The position numbers and the translations under genes are program-made. A model generated the notes under the pieces. The model did not search any database. It was given only the letters and a program-made list of their open reading frames with translations, and was not told the origin of the DNA. This document shows positions 51,187-62,544 of a stretch of DNA of 64,000 nucleotides, one piece after another. Positions within the stretch are counted from its first letter, which is position 1. Each line of letters opens with the position of its first letter. This DNA comes from Candidatus Latescibacterota bacterium (GTDB taxonomy: Bacteria; Latescibacterota; UBA2968; GCA-2709665), in the NCBI GenBank assembly GCA_965237675.1, contig OZ250150.1, positions 2,720,001 to 2,784,000 on the forward strand. Reading direction: 5' to 3'.

Positions 51187-52005
51187 ATGAAATTCATCAT
51201 GTTTACGAAACATCTGGAAGGCCTGGATTTGCCCGGCATTGTCGCCGCGTTGAAATCGGTCGGTGTCGAGGGTGCCGATCTGTGCGTACGCCCGGGCTAT
51301 CCGGTACATCCCGAGAATGTGGAAACGGCGCTGCCGGAAGCGGCCGGGCGGTTTGCCGACGAAGGGCTTTCCATTCCCCTGGTAACCACGCCGGGCGACT
51401 TTATCAGGCCGGAGATGGATTATGCGGATCGGCTGTACGGGGCCTGTGGCCAGGCTGGTGTGAGGCATATCAAACTCGGGTACTGGCATTGGACCGCGGA
51501 GATGGATTACTGGGAAGAATTGGAGGCGGTGCGGCGGCATCTCGACGGATTTCAGACCCTTTCGGAGAAACATGGGGTCCAGACCGTGGTGCATAACCAC
51601 TCGGGGCTCTCGATGGGCCTCAACGCCTGTGCGGCCATGAATGTGGTGAGGGGATTTGATCCCCGGTATATCGGTGTGTTCGCCGATCCGGGACATCTTT
51701 CCATCTGCGGAGAACCGATTGAACTGGCGCTGAATATCGTCAAGACGCATCTGTCGGTGGTGGCGCTCAAGGACTTGATCCGACAGCCGCTATTGCGGAA
51801 CGGCTTGACAACCTGGCGCACGCGAGTGGTCCGGCTGGGAGAGGGGTTCGGAGACTGGCCCGCGCTGTTGCGCGGGTTCAGAGCGGTTAACTTCGACGGC
51901 CCCCTGAGCTTTCATAGTGAGTACAGCGGCGAACCGGTGGACACGGTAATCGATCTGGCGAGGTCGGACGTCCGGTTTTTCAGGGCGCTGCAGACGGCGG
52001 GATAA
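51187..52005 (+). CDS. Sugar phosphate isomerase/epimerase (xylose-isomerase-like TIM barrel)
   Basis: HNHSG, DPGH, LKD, LGEG..DW, HSEY. Confidence 0.8.
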   Translation: MKFIMFTKHLEGLDLPGIVAALKSVGVEGADLCVRPGYPVHPENVETALPEAAGRFADEGLSIPLVTTPGDFIRPEMDYADRLYGACGQAGVRHIKLGYWHWTAEMDYWEELEAVRRHLDGFQTLSEKHGVQTVVHNHSGLSMGLNACAAMNVVRGFDPRYIGVFADPGHLSICGEPIELALNIVKTHLSVVALKDLIRQPLLRNGLTTWRTRVVRLGEGFGDWPALLRGFRAVNFDGPLSFHSEYSGEPVDTVIDLARSDVRFFRALQTAG

Positions 52006-52028
52006 CCGGCGTTCGAAACCGCAAAACC

Positions 52029-52067
52029 AGAGGGCGGCCCGGACGGAACCGGGTCGCCCTCTTTTTC
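52029..52067. terminator. Terminator between convergent genes
   Basis: AGAGGGCGGCCCGG-N6-CCGGGTCGCCCTCT-TTTT. Confidence 0.7.
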
Positions 52068-52086
52068 GAGTCGAGATCGCCGGCAT

Positions 52087-55000
52087 TCAGTCCATGAACG
52101 CCCTGCAATTCGCCCGGATTCGAAATTGTCCATCCCTCTGTCTGAAGGCCGTGGCCGTCGGCGTGACCGCGACGATGTCACCCGGTCCGATGTCGTAAAG
52201 GTACGCGATTTCGCCAATCTTGAACCTCGCGGCGAGGTCGTGTTTGCCCACCAGCCGGATGCCTGCGTCGCGGCGGGTGCCTGGCCGGTGAGGGGCAAGG
52301 TCGACGTCGTCAACGGGCAGCCAGATGGTGTGGTCTTTGTCCGTGAGCCAGGCGCCGCGGTAATATCCCTGAGCGGCCATATACAGATTGGTCTTTGTGG
52401 ACAGACCGGTGCCGTCCGGGTTGCGCCCGGTGATCACGAAGCGGCCGATTCGGAACGTGTCGGTGCCGAAACGTATGCGATAGCGCCGGCCCCTGCCTTC
52501 CACCGCCGTGATATTATAGGCTGTGGTACGGCGGGCATTCCCGATGCGGGCGACTTCATCCTTGAGGCCCGTCGTCCGGAAGGACTGGCTCCCACGATGG
52601 CGTTCTATGTCGACGGTGGAAGCCTGTGGATCGATTTCGACGATGCTGCCATGAATGGGTTTCGGGATGGCGAGGGTATGCCCGCCGGCACTGGCGCTTC
52701 CGGACCCGGACTGGAGAATGAACACCAGATTCCCTTCCGTATCGTGGCGCGTCAAACCGAGGCTGCTGCCGGACGGGCCAAGGACGTGGCGGATCGTATC
52801 TTCGCCGTACCGGTGCGTAATCCTGAGCGTAAGGCCCTCGTCGTTTGCATCCAGTTGCTCTATGGCGTGGATCTTCTTACCGCCTTTAAAGGGTTCATGT
52901 ACGGCCACAAAACGGCTGCCGGCGCCATTACCCGCGTTTCGGAGCAGGACATAGGTGAGTTGCCTCGGGTTGCCGGGCTTTCTGGGGGGATCCCCGTGAG
53001 CAACGATGGCCTCGTCCGACGGTAAGAACGCCGTATGCAGACCGATGCCGGTCTTTGTGTCGCGCCAGGTTGAGGACCACGCCGCGGTCGGATTCGCGCG
53101 TTGCGCATCGTACAGATAAGAGTAGCCACCCCCCCGGTAGGTGTAATAGGAGCGACCCTTCCGTAGCGGATCGGTCAGGCCTTCGTCGTCGTAAATGGCG
53201 CCGTATGGCACATCCTCGCCGGCAAGGGTGCCATGCTGCTGCGGTGGGGATAGCGTGATATCGTTCACCTCAAACTCGCCTTCAAATCCGTGCAGGCTGA
53301 AGTCGTGTTGCGTTCCGCCCGCCACGCGGAAGTAGTCGAGGACGTACCGCGCGTCCTTTGCAAGTTCGATGAGCGCGACAACCCGCCGGTATTCGGAAGT
53401 ATGGTGATAGGTTTCCGGGGCGTCGACCTGGACCCAGGTCAGGCCGCCGGCCCTGACGAATTGTTCCAGCCTGCCAGGCCCCTGCGTATCCTGCCTCCGG
53501 CCGTCGACCACCACCGTGGCGTGGGCGAGGGTGTTCTTTGTCCAAATCGCGGGACGGTCTCCCTCGGCGGCGTGTTCTCCGTAGCCAAGGTCCGGGATGA
53601 GTTTACGACCATACGCGAAGAGTTCGATGTTGAGCCGATCGAAATGCGCATGTTCGGTGGCCGCCCGTCCGTAATACAGCGATACGGCTGTACGTTCGCG
53701 CCCTCTGCCCGACCGCAACAGCGCCAGCCCAAAGCCTCCCAGGAGCCGGCTGTCGGCGGTGATCCGCTTGAGTTCGGCGGGGCCGTCTTCGTGCGGCACG
53801 GGCACGACTGGGTCTTCCAGCAGGGACTCGAAGCTGTTGAAGCCGGTACTCTCCTTTCGGAGAAGCTCGCCGACAAAGGGATCGCCCGTGCCTTTGTACG
53901 CGGCCATCAGGGTATCGCTTCCCAGCGCCACATGACCGCCTGTCACGGTCCCGGCGTCGCCGATGGACGGGGTGAAGTGATCCAGGCACGTCATTTCCGC
54001 GGCCCAGCGGTACATGCGCCGGAATTTTGGCCTGTCCCAGATCCGTGTGCCCAGTGCTTCCAAAAGGCGGGCGATGACCGTGAGGTGCACGACCCATCCG
54101 CTGTTGTAGCTGGGGGAACTCTCCCACCCCATCCCCTCCCGGAAGATGAGGTTGTCCAGGGCGAAGTTGATCCCTTCGGCGTGGGCGGCCTTGTCGCGAA
54201 AGAGGTAGCCGTCGAAGTGGGTGAGCATTTCCTTGAGTTCCGTGGCTTCGCCGGTGTTGTTCATCGTCCATTCTACAGCCTTGTCGATTTCATTCCGATC
54301 TCCCGACGCAAGTGCGGCAATCAGCAGGGCTTCCTGGTGTCCGCCGTAGTTGCTTCGCACCTGTCCCCTGTAGACTCCGTCGAGGCTCGTGCCGATAATG
54401 CCGGCCTCGAGCTTCCGTCGAAATCCGTCGGCATCCAGGCCGAAGACAGGGTCGTAAGGGATGGCGTCGCGGACGGCATCCAGGGCGTGGCAAAGCCGGC
54501 GTACGGTCCCGGATTCGGAAATGAGCTCGTTCATTTTGCCGGTATAGCCAGGTGAGAATTCCAGGGCATACATGGATTGCTTGCTGTAATCCATGTGAGG
54601 ATAGACCTCGGCGAATCGGTCCAGAATGACGAGCGCTTTGTGAGCATACCGTCCGTCCCCGCTGAGCAGATACGCCTGGGCGAGCGAGGTGAGTCCGGCG
54701 ATAACGGTGTTCCAGATGCCGCAGCAGCAATAGGCGATGAACCAGTGGCGAAAGTGCCCATCATCGCTCCGCCAGCCCCATCCGTCGTCCGCGAAAGGAC
54801 CGGTGAGCAGGCTGCGGTCTTGCATGCCGCTTTCGTAGAATGCCTCGAAGTCGTTGCTGGGATAGGATTCGCCGCCCACGGCGCAGGTGACGCGCCACTT
54901 ATCTTTGAAAGGATCGTGTTTCCAGCCCCCCTGTGCGTACCCGCCGTACCCATTGGGCCCGCTGCCGTGGACGGGACAGCCGCTGATGAAGTTGATGGTC

Positions 55001-55170
55001 CAGCTGCGCGGCACCTCAGGGGCAGGCATCAGCTTGCGGATGAAATCCTGGTTTCGGCCCAGCCAGGGATTCGCTTCGGCAAAGACACGCCCGGCGACTT
55101 TTTTCGCAGCGGAGTCCTCGGTTGTGCGCTGCCGGGCAAGCTGGATCTGTTCGGGTGTGTAGAGATTCAC
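52087..55170 (-). CDS. Heparinase II/III-family polysaccharide lyase-like protein
   Basis: ESSPSY, HAHFDRLNIELFAYG....DLGY, T.AH.TVVVDG..Q; GTG start with AGGAG RBS. Confidence 0.8.
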   Translation of the reverse strand: MNLYTPEQIQLARQRTTEDSAAKKVAGRVFAEANPWLGRNQDFIRKLMPAPEVPRSWTINFISGCPVHGSGPNGYGGYAQGGWKHDPFKDKWRVTCAVGGESYPSNDFEAFYESGMQDRSLLTGPFADDGWGWRSDDGHFRHWFIAYCCCGIWNTVIAGLTSLAQAYLLSGDGRYAHKALVILDRFAEVYPHMDYSKQSMYALEFSPGYTGKMNELISESGTVRRLCHALDAVRDAIPYDPVFGLDADGFRRKLEAGIIGTSLDGVYRGQVRSNYGGHQEALLIAALASGDRNEIDKAVEWTMNNTGEATELKEMLTHFDGYLFRDKAAHAEGINFALDNLIFREGMGWESSPSYNSGWVVHLTVIARLLEALGTRIWDRPKFRRMYRWAAEMTCLDHFTPSIGDAGTVTGGHVALGSDTLMAAYKGTGDPFVGELLRKESTGFNSFESLLEDPVVPVPHEDGPAELKRITADSRLLGGFGLALLRSGRGRERTAVSLYYGRAATEHAHFDRLNIELFAYGRKLIPDLGYGEHAAEGDRPAIWTKNTLAHATVVVDGRRQDTQGPGRLEQFVRAGGLTWVQVDAPETYHHTSEYRRVVALIELAKDARYVLDYFRVAGGTQHDFSLHGFEGEFEVNDITLSPPQQHGTLAGEDVPYGAIYDDEGLTDPLRKGRSYYTYRGGGYSYLYDAQRANPTAAWSSTWRDTKTGIGLHTAFLPSDEAIVAHGDPPRKPGNPRQLTYVLLRNAGNGAGSRFVAVHEPFKGGKKIHAIEQLDANDEGLTLRITHRYGEDTIRHVLGPSGSSLGLTRHDTEGNLVFILQSGSGSASAGGHTLAIPKPIHGSIVEIDPQASTVDIERHRGSQSFRTTGLKDEVARIGNARRTTAYNITAVEGRGRRYRIRFGTDTFRIGRFVITGRNPDGTGLSTKTNLYMAAQGYYRGAWLTDKDHTIWLPVDDVDLAPHRPGTRRDAGIRLVGKHDLAARFKIGEIAYLYDIGPGDIVAVTPTATAFRQRDGQFRIRANCRAFMD

Positions 55171-55698
55171 TTTGGCTCCTTGTGTTTTGTGGCGCCCCGA
55201 GCGGGGCCTCCCTTTCGCTCCGGTAAACATGCGGCTGAGACAAGCGGAAGGAGCCGCTGCTTGCGCGCCCGTCGGTATCGTTGTCGTCGCGCCGATAATC
55301 GGCCCATCAGTATTTCAAAAGAGCGATAAATTCGCAAGGGTAATTTCGACCGCCGGAATGAAGCGTTGGCGATGAAAATACGGGTAATCAATCACCCGGG
55401 CCGGACCGGGTGAAAAAGGTTTTTCGGGCGGCCGCCGCAACGGTGTTCCAGAAAATGGAGCGGGAGACGGCCGTCCGAACGTCAGTCGGACGCCACTCGC
55501 CGAAGCACTTGACGGTTGGCCGCATATTTGATAAATAGTCACTATTCCCGAATGGGATCTTCACGGTGTCAAAGAGTCGAATCGGCAGCGAAAGGCCGGT
55601 TTTTGACCTGGAATCGACCCAAACGAGAGGTTTTTCGCATACCAACGCGAACAACGGGCCGGATATGCCTGCGCAAGGCACAGTCGAGGGGAAACTCT

Positions 55699-56640
55699 AT
55701 GGAATACCGCCCGCTTGGACGAACCGGGCTTCGCGTTTCCGTGCTGGGCATCGGCACGGGTGGTCCGAGCCAATTCGGCCAGAGTACCGGCGTGCCGGAG
55801 GCCGACGTCGGAAGGATGGTGCGTAGAGCGCTGGCGTTGGGGATCAACTTTTTCGATACAGCGGCGGGTTACGGGGAAAGCGAGGCCATTCTGGGCAGGG
55901 CAATGGCCGGCGTGCCACGGGATGATTACCTGCTGGCAACAAAGGTGCAGGTGGCGCGGGATGAATGGACTTCCACGCCCGAAGACGTGGTGGCGTCTGT
56001 CGAGCGCAGTCTTTCGCGGCTCAGGGTGGATGTGATCGACATTGTACAGTTCCACGGCGTGAAACCGGATGACTATGCCCGCACCATCGAAATCTTTCTA
56101 CCGGTGATGGCGCGGCTCCAGGAGCAGGGCAAGTTCCGGTTTCTGGGCGTTTCCGAGACGTATTCCGAGGATCCCGGGCATGAGATGTTTCCGATGGCGC
56201 TATCCGACGGCCATTTTGACACGGCGATGGTGGGTTACAATATGATCAGTCCGACGGCCGAGCACCGGGTATTGCCCATGTGTCGGGAAAAGAACGTGGG
56301 CGTGATCTGTATGGTAGCGGTACGGAGGGCATTGAGCAAACCGGACGTACTGGCCGAACGCATCGCCTATGCGAAGGACAAAGGGCTGATTGCGCCGGAC
56401 TCCCTGCCCGATGGCGATCCGCTGGGCTGGCTGGTGAGAGGACATGTGACTTCGCTGCCGGCGGCCGCGTACAAATACGTGGCGTCGCATCCTGCGATGG
56501 GCACGGTTCTGACGGGTACTGCGAACGTAGAACACCTGGAGGCAAACGTGAAAGCCATTCTCGGGCCGCCGCTGCCGGACGAAGACATGGCTCGATTGCG
56601 GGGTGTGTTCGGAGACGTGTGGGAGCCCCTCGGGAATTGA
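55699..56640 (+). CDS. Aldo/keto reductase
   Basis: YRPLGRTGLRVS.LG.G, FDTAAGYG.SE, SLSRL..D.ID. Confidence 0.9.
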   Translation: MEYRPLGRTGLRVSVLGIGTGGPSQFGQSTGVPEADVGRMVRRALALGINFFDTAAGYGESEAILGRAMAGVPRDDYLLATKVQVARDEWTSTPEDVVASVERSLSRLRVDVIDIVQFHGVKPDDYARTIEIFLPVMARLQEQGKFRFLGVSETYSEDPGHEMFPMALSDGHFDTAMVGYNMISPTAEHRVLPMCREKNVGVICMVAVRRALSKPDVLAERIAYAKDKGLIAPDSLPDGDPLGWLVRGHVTSLPAAAYKYVASHPAMGTVLTGTANVEHLEANVKAILGPPLPDEDMARLRGVFGDVWEPLGN

Positions 56641-56917
56641 CGTCGCGCCGGAGGGCGAGCGCCGGGAAGAAGGGTTCCGGACATCGCAACGTGGGCCCAT
56701 CCGGGCACCGGCGGATCTTCGATATCAATATTTCCCGCTCGGGCGCGCCGGTTTCTATCCGATTGGACTCAGTGCTGTACCGATTCGGTCGGATGGCCAA
56801 TCTCTTTATGTCGATCATCCACGTCCAGCATGAAATCGAGAACCACTCGCTTGCATCCGAGGGCGTTGAATGCCGATTGCTATACGCTGACCGCTCGTTA
56901 GCCGAAAGGAGCGCTCC

Positions 56918-58039
56918 ATGGCGGAGACAACAGACGAACCCGAAGTACTGACGACCAACGGCCGGAGACCCGGTGTCAGCCTTATCGATGCGGACGTCCA
57001 CAATTACCCCGACTCAATAGGCGATCTCACGCCCTTTCTGACCAGGCGGTGGCAGGCATACGTGAGACAATCCGGGTTTACCATGCCTTCGGTTTCGATC
57101 TACCCCAAGGTCTATGCGCAGGCCGCCCGGCGCGACGCATGGCCGCCCAGCGGCAAACGGCCCGGGGCGGATGCCGACTTTTCCCGGGAGCAGTTGCTCG
57201 ATACCTGGGCGATTGACTACGCGGTCCTCAACCCGCTCGTTGCCGTGTCGGCGGTGCGCAATATCGATCTTGCCAATGCGCTTCAGAGGGCCGTCAACGA
57301 ATGGACCAGAGAGGTCTGGCTTGATGCCGACCATCGGTGGCGCGGCTCAATCGTCGTCAATATCCAGGATGCAGAGGCCGCCGCTGCCGAGATCGAACGT
57401 CTCGCCTCGGACAGGCGCTTCGTTCAGGTTCTCCTGCTGGTGCGTTCCTACGCTCCGTACGGACGCCGCGAGTTCAGGCCCATTTTTCGCGCCGCAGCCG
57501 CGGCGGACCTCCCCGTGGGCATTCACTTCGGAGGCGGCGGGAATCCCATTACGGCAAGTGGATGGCCCTCCTATTATATCGAGGACCATACGGGAATGAC
57601 ACAGGCCTTCGAGGCTCAGGTTATCAGCCTGGTATGCGAAGGCATTTTTGAGGAACTTCCATCGGTCCGGGTGGCCCTCATCGAGGGCGGATTTGCGTGG
57701 TTGCCCGCACTGATGTGGCGACTGGACAAGAACTACCGCGGTCTGCGCAGCGAAGTGCCCTGGCTCCGGAGGCTACCCAGCGAATACATCCTCGAGCACT
57801 TCCGCGCGACCACCCAGCCGATGGAGGAACCGGCCGACCCCCGGCACCTGCTCGCCATTCTGGACATGATTGGACGCGACGATTTTCTGATGTTCGCCAC
57901 CGATTACCCTCACTGGGATTTCGACTCGCCCGACCGCGCCCTGCCGGGGGCGGTCAAAGGCGCTCTGAGACAGCGTATTCTGGCCGCAAACGCGGCGGCT
58001 TTCTATGGCCTTGAAGACAATCGACATCGGGGCAGTTGA
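56918..58039 (+). CDS. Amidohydrolase_2-fold protein (possible dinuclear oxygenase subunit)
   Basis: [25 protein letters not shown]. Confidence 0.85.
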   Translation: MAETTDEPEVLTTNGRRPGVSLIDADVHNYPDSIGDLTPFLTRRWQAYVRQSGFTMPSVSIYPKVYAQAARRDAWPPSGKRPGADADFSREQLLDTWAIDYAVLNPLVAVSAVRNIDLANALQRAVNEWTREVWLDADHRWRGSIVVNIQDAEAAAAEIERLASDRRFVQVLLLVRSYAPYGRREFRPIFRAAAAADLPVGIHFGGGGNPITASGWPSYYIEDHTGMTQAFEAQVISLVCEGIFEELPSVRVALIEGGFAWLPALMWRLDKNYRGLRSEVPWLRRLPSEYILEHFRATTQPMEEPADPRHLLAILDMIGRDDFLMFATDYPHWDFDSPDRALPGAVKGALRQRILAANAAAFYGLEDNRHRGS

Positions 58040-58370
58040 CGACTTTGAGGCCGGCCGGGCACGTCGGGTTGAAGCGGGGGGGCGGGCACTGTCGGTGGTG
58101 CGGGGCGACGAGCGGTTTTACGCGTTGCGCGATATCTGCCCGCACCAGGGCGCGCCGTTGTCCGCCGGAAAGGTGGGCGGCACAGCCATGCCGTGTCGTC
58201 CCGGCGAGGAGATCTCCTACGGGCGTCTGGGCGAAATCATTACGTGCCCGTGGCATGGGTGGCAATTCGACCTGGCAACGGGTCGCGCTCTGATCGAGTC
58301 CGACCGAATCCGGGTGCGGGCCTATCCCGTCAGTGTTATAGCCGGCCGTGTCGTTGTACATATGGATTAG
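58005..58370 (+). CDS. Rieske [2Fe-2S] ferredoxin
   Basis: CPHQG...CPWHGWQFD. Confidence 0.92.
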   Translation: MALKTIDIGAVDDFEAGRARRVEAGGRALSVVRGDERFYALRDICPHQGAPLSAGKVGGTAMPCRPGEEISYGRLGEIITCPWHGWQFDLATGRALIESDRIRVRAYPVSVIAGRVVVHMD

Positions 58371-58644
58371 CGCCTCTCCCACGCGCGTCCGGTCAAGCCC
58401 GGTGTCCAGGGCATCGGTAATCCACTGGCCCGACACGCAGACACCATTTCCCCGGTGGTACTTTCCGACCCTGAGAAATCGCGCCGGCGAATGAGATCGA
58501 CCTCCGGAACCCATTGGGTTCGGCGCGCAGGAAGCGGTCGCCCGTGCCGTATTTCTCGCATTCTGAGGCACACTGACCCGATCCCGTCTCGAAACCCGGC
58601 AAGGATGCCCGGGAGGGCCGATAATTCCACGTTGGGAACAACGA

Positions 58645-59829
58645 TTGATCCGGATAGGGAATCCGTTTTCCGAATGGAACCGCGACTTCAGGCTGCTGGG
58701 CGCGGCGGCGTTTTCCGTGGGTGTATTTTTCGGAGTGCAACTGACGTTGTACAACAATTTCGCCGTGGAGCGCCTGGGCATCGAGCCGGACGAACTGGGG
58801 TACGTGGAGGCGCTGCGCGAGATGTCAGGCTTCCTGAACGCGCTCTTCATTGCGCTCATGATGCGCCTGGCGCCGCCTGTCGTGGCGGGAGCTTCCCTGG
58901 TGGTGATGGGTTCGGGGCTTGCCGCATACGCGGAGGTGGAAACGGTGTTGTCCCTCGCGGCATATTCGGCGTTATGGGGCATCGGGTTCCATTGCTGGAT
59001 TCCCATGGAGCAGTCCATGGCGTTACGGTTCTCGCCCGCGGGCCGGAAGGGGAAATGGCTCGGCCAGTTGCGGAGCGTGCACGCCTTTGCCTGGCTGTTG
59101 ACCATCGGGGTCTGCAATCTGGTCTTTCACATGATCCGTTACGACTGGCTGTTCGTGGGGGCCGGAGCGATCACCGCGCTGGGCGGGCTGGCGATATTTT
59201 TTGCCAGCAGAAAACGCCCGGAGGTGGAGGAGAAGAGTTTCGTATTCAGACGGCGCTACGGCCTGTATTACGCGCTGAACTTCCTGCAGGGCTTCCGGAA
59301 GCAGATGTTTATCACGTTTGCCATCTTCGCGCTGGTGAAAGTACACGGGATGCCGGTGGAAACGACAATGATGCTGGTACTGATCAATCAGACGCTGATT
59401 ACATTGACGGCGCCGCTGATGGGACGGCTGGTCGACAGGCACGGGGAACGGGCCGTGCTCAGCTGGAGCTATATCGGGCTGGTGTTTGTTTTTTTCGGAT
59501 ATGGCGCAATCCAGCACCGTCCTACGCTGTACGTGTTTTATTGTGTCGACAATCTCATTTTTTTCGGAGGCATCGCGCTGACGACATACCTTCATAAGAT
59601 CGCGCCCCAGGAGGATCTGAAACCGACGCTATCCATGGGCGTGACGATGAACCATTTGGCCGCGGTGGCGGCGCCACTGATCGGCGGGTTGGTCTGGCGC
59701 AACTTCGGCTACCAGGTGATCTTTTTCAGTGGAGCGGTGCTGGCCTTGATTTCGCTCCTGGTGAGCCGGTGGGTGGATCCCGAAGGAATGCTCAGGCGCG
59801 AACGCGAGGCGGTTGCGGTGGCGGATTGA
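58645..59829 (+). CDS. MFS transporter
   Basis: About 12 hydrophobic segments; GRLVDRHGER loop motif. Confidence 0.85.
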   Translation: MIRIGNPFSEWNRDFRLLGAAAFSVGVFFGVQLTLYNNFAVERLGIEPDELGYVEALREMSGFLNALFIALMMRLAPPVVAGASLVVMGSGLAAYAEVETVLSLAAYSALWGIGFHCWIPMEQSMALRFSPAGRKGKWLGQLRSVHAFAWLLTIGVCNLVFHMIRYDWLFVGAGAITALGGLAIFFASRKRPEVEEKSFVFRRRYGLYYALNFLQGFRKQMFITFAIFALVKVHGMPVETTMMLVLINQTLITLTAPLMGRLVDRHGERAVLSWSYIGLVFVFFGYGAIQHRPTLYVFYCVDNLIFFGGIALTTYLHKIAPQEDLKPTLSMGVTMNHLAAVAAPLIGGLVWRNFGYQVIFFSGAVLALISLLVSRWVDPEGMLRREREAVAVAD

Positions 59830-59980
59830 CCCATGCGTCTCAATGTTGCGAATGTCGGAAGACGGTTCCGGTAACCGGCCGTCCAACGCACCGGGAAGGG
59901 TTGGACAAGCGGCGAACCGGATTTCTGTTTATTGTGCCGTTGCGATGCGGTTGGATTGGTTTTTCGGATACGGGGGTGAT

Positions 59981-60934
59981 ATGAAACTGCGGGAACTTGG
60001 AAAAACCGGGATTCAGATTTCGGAGGTGGGTTTGGGATGCTGGCCGATCGGCGGGGCGTCGTTCCGTGGAGGCAGTCCGACGGGATGGTCCGGCGTGGAT
60101 GTAATGGCGTCGATTGATACCGTCCGCCGTTCGTGGACCCAGGGTATCACATTTTACGATACGGCTGATGCGTACGGTCGCGGAAAGAGCGAGGTCCTGG
60201 TCGGATTGGGGTTATACGAAAACAAAAACGACGCCGTGGTCTGCACCAAGGTGGGGATGAGCCTTGCGGCGCCGGGCCAGGACTTCTCGGAGCCGTATAT
60301 TCTGGGCGCACTGGACGCAAGCCTCACGCGTCTTGAACGTGATTATGTGGATCTTTACCTGCTGCACGGACCGCCATTGGATGGGATGACGGACGCGTTG
60401 TTCGGGTTGATGAAAGACCTGAAGGGATCGGGAAAGATTCGGGCCTGGGGCGTGTCGATCAGCCCCGTGGAGACCTCCGATAAGGTCGTCGAAGAAGGAC
60501 TGCGCGCCATGGAGGGTGGCGCCGAGGCGATCCAGCTGGTGTACAATATTCTTCAGCAGAAGGAGGGCGACGCCCTGTTCCCGGCGGCCATCGAAAAGGG
60601 CGTGGGCATGATCGCGCGCGTGCCGCTGGCTTCGGGTTGGCTGACGGGCAAATACGACGCGAAGACGGTATTCCCCGCTGACGATTTGCGAAGTCTCAGA
60701 TATACGCGCGAGCGGGTGAGGGAGACCGTTGCGCGGGTCGCCAAGCTGGATTTTCTGTTGGAAGAGGCGGATTCGATGGTCGAAGCAGCACTTCGGTTTG
60801 TCCTTTCGAATCCAGCGGTTTCCACAGTTATTCCGGGCGCGAAGACACCCGCACAACTTACAGGTATCGTCAAGGCTGCCGGGATGACGCTTTCTCGCGA
60901 AACGATGGATCGGATCCGGGAGTTGTTCGGTTGA
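59981..60934 (+). CDS. Aldo/keto reductase
   Basis: LGKTG..ISEVGLGCW, DTADAYG.G.SE, DLYLLH, PLASG.LTGKY, IPG.K. Confidence 0.92.
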   Translation: MKLRELGKTGIQISEVGLGCWPIGGASFRGGSPTGWSGVDVMASIDTVRRSWTQGITFYDTADAYGRGKSEVLVGLGLYENKNDAVVCTKVGMSLAAPGQDFSEPYILGALDASLTRLERDYVDLYLLHGPPLDGMTDALFGLMKDLKGSGKIRAWGVSISPVETSDKVVEEGLRAMEGGAEAIQLVYNILQQKEGDALFPAAIEKGVGMIARVPLASGWLTGKYDAKTVFPADDLRSLRYTRERVRETVARVAKLDFLLEEADSMVEAALRFVLSNPAVSTVIPGAKTPAQLTGIVKAAGMTLSRETMDRIRELFG

Positions 60935-61064
60935 ACCCACCCGGTTGATGGCAGATCCGATAATTGAAGCCGCGCCCGCAACGGAGCCTGACGGTGCAAA
61001 CCTTGCGTTGTTTCAGGGGACCCGCACAGGGCCTGCGATGAAATTATCAGATGGAGGGTTCTAA

Positions 61065-62048
61065 ATGGTTGGGTTTGCAGTGGTTGGCCTGGGAATGGGG
61101 TACAATCGATCCAGAATGATCCACAGCACCGACGGGGCCGATTTGAGGGTGGTGGTGGATCTGGATGAAACACGGCTTGAGAAGGTGGGTTCCGAACTGG
61201 GTGTGGATGGGACAACGGATCTGAATGCGGCATTGGATCGTACGGATGTTGACGTGGTGATGGTGATGACGCCGAGTGGAACCCACGCCGACCTGGGCAT
61301 TCAAGCCGCGCGCGCGGGCAAACATGTGATCACGACCAAGCCCATGGATGTGTCTACCGAAGCGTGCGATCGGCTGATCGCGGCGTGCGACCAGGCCGGT
61401 GTGCTGTGCGGGGTGGATTACCAGAGCCGGTACGTCGACAACAATTACCGGGTGGCTGAGGCGCTGCGACAGGGGTGGTTGGGTAAACCCATTCTTGGCG
61501 AGGTGCGATTCAAATGGTTCCGGGCGTCGTCCTATTTCGCGGCGAGTGGGGGCTGGCGTGGTACGTGGAAAATGGACGGCGGCGGGTCGCTGGCCAACCA
61601 GGGGGCGCATTTACTGGACGTGCTGTGCTGGTTTATGGGCGACCCGGTTTCCGTCTATGGCGAGATGGCCATTATGAATCACGAGATCGAGACCGAGGAT
61701 ATCGGGTTGGCCATTGTGAATTTCGAAAGCGGCGCAAAAGGCGCCATTGTTGGAACCACTACGTTTCCAACGAGTGTCTATTTTTGCGCCGAGGTCCACG
61801 GAACCGGCGGCGGCGTTTTGATAGACGACGTGCTCAGCGGCAACATGCGGGTATTCGGCAAAGGGCTGGAGGAACGGCTGGCAACGGTAGAGAACCCGCT
61901 TCAGAATATCGTGCATGACGTGGTCAGCGCGGTTGAAGAAGGGTCGCCGCTGCGTGTGAATGGACGGGAAGGACGCCGGACGGTAGCGCTATTGGAGGCC
62001 ATTTACACGTCGGCGCGGGAGGGCAGGCCTCTCAACGTCGCAATATGA
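61065..62048 (+). CDS. Gfo/Idh/MocA oxidoreductase
   Basis: VVGLGMG, TPSG.H, GKHV..KP, WRGTW..DGGGSL.NQG.H. Confidence 0.9.
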   Translation: MVGFAVVGLGMGYNRSRMIHSTDGADLRVVVDLDETRLEKVGSELGVDGTTDLNAALDRTDVDVVMVMTPSGTHADLGIQAARAGKHVITTKPMDVSTEACDRLIAACDQAGVLCGVDYQSRYVDNNYRVAEALRQGWLGKPILGEVRFKWFRASSYFAASGGWRGTWKMDGGGSLANQGAHLLDVLCWFMGDPVSVYGEMAIMNHEIETEDIGLAIVNFESGAKGAIVGTTTFPTSVYFCAEVHGTGGGVLIDDVLSGNMRVFGKGLEERLATVENPLQNIVHDVVSAVEEGSPLRVNGREGRRTVALLEAIYTSAREGRPLNVAI

Positions 62049-62186
62049 TTGTTGTACCCGGACTGGCAGCATCACGGGGATGTGTAAGCCTATCTGCAGA
62101 CGCTGGCCTGACACGGCTGCCATTCAGCCGGCCGTCCCGGCGTTGGGCCGAGCCCGGAATCGTCTCAGTCAGCCGGCGCCGGTTGG

Positions 62187-62537
62187 CTACACGTGGCGGT
62201 GGTTGTGATCCTCGTGTATTGCAGAGGAATGTTCCAGGGTCCTCGCCGCCAGTTCTCCACGGGCGATAAGGCCCTTGTCGATGGCCATTTCTTCAAGCGA
62301 ATCCACCCATCGGGCGTAGTAGCTCGATGGGTCGTTTTCTTTTTCGGCGGCGGCTATCGTGGATGCCAGCACAGCGCTGAATTCGCGCCATTCGTACGAG
62401 CCCTTCTCGCACATCGCCACGGCCAGGCCAAATGCGCGGGCCTCCCACGGCGCCTCGAATACGAGCTCACCGTTTTCTCTGGGCAGTGCCGTCGTCGCTT
62501 CCGCGTCGGCGATTTTTCGGTCGATGCCGGGAGTCAT
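62187..62537 (-). CDS. Nitrile hydratase accessory protein
   Basis: VFEAPWEARAFGLAV...W.EF...YY..W...LE; His-rich tail. Confidence 0.9.
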   Translation of the reverse strand: MTPGIDRKIADAEATTALPRENGELVFEAPWEARAFGLAVAMCEKGSYEWREFSAVLASTIAAAEKENDPSSYYARWVDSLEEMAIDKGLIARGELAARTLEHSSAIHEDHNHRHV

Positions 62538-62544
62538 TATCGTC

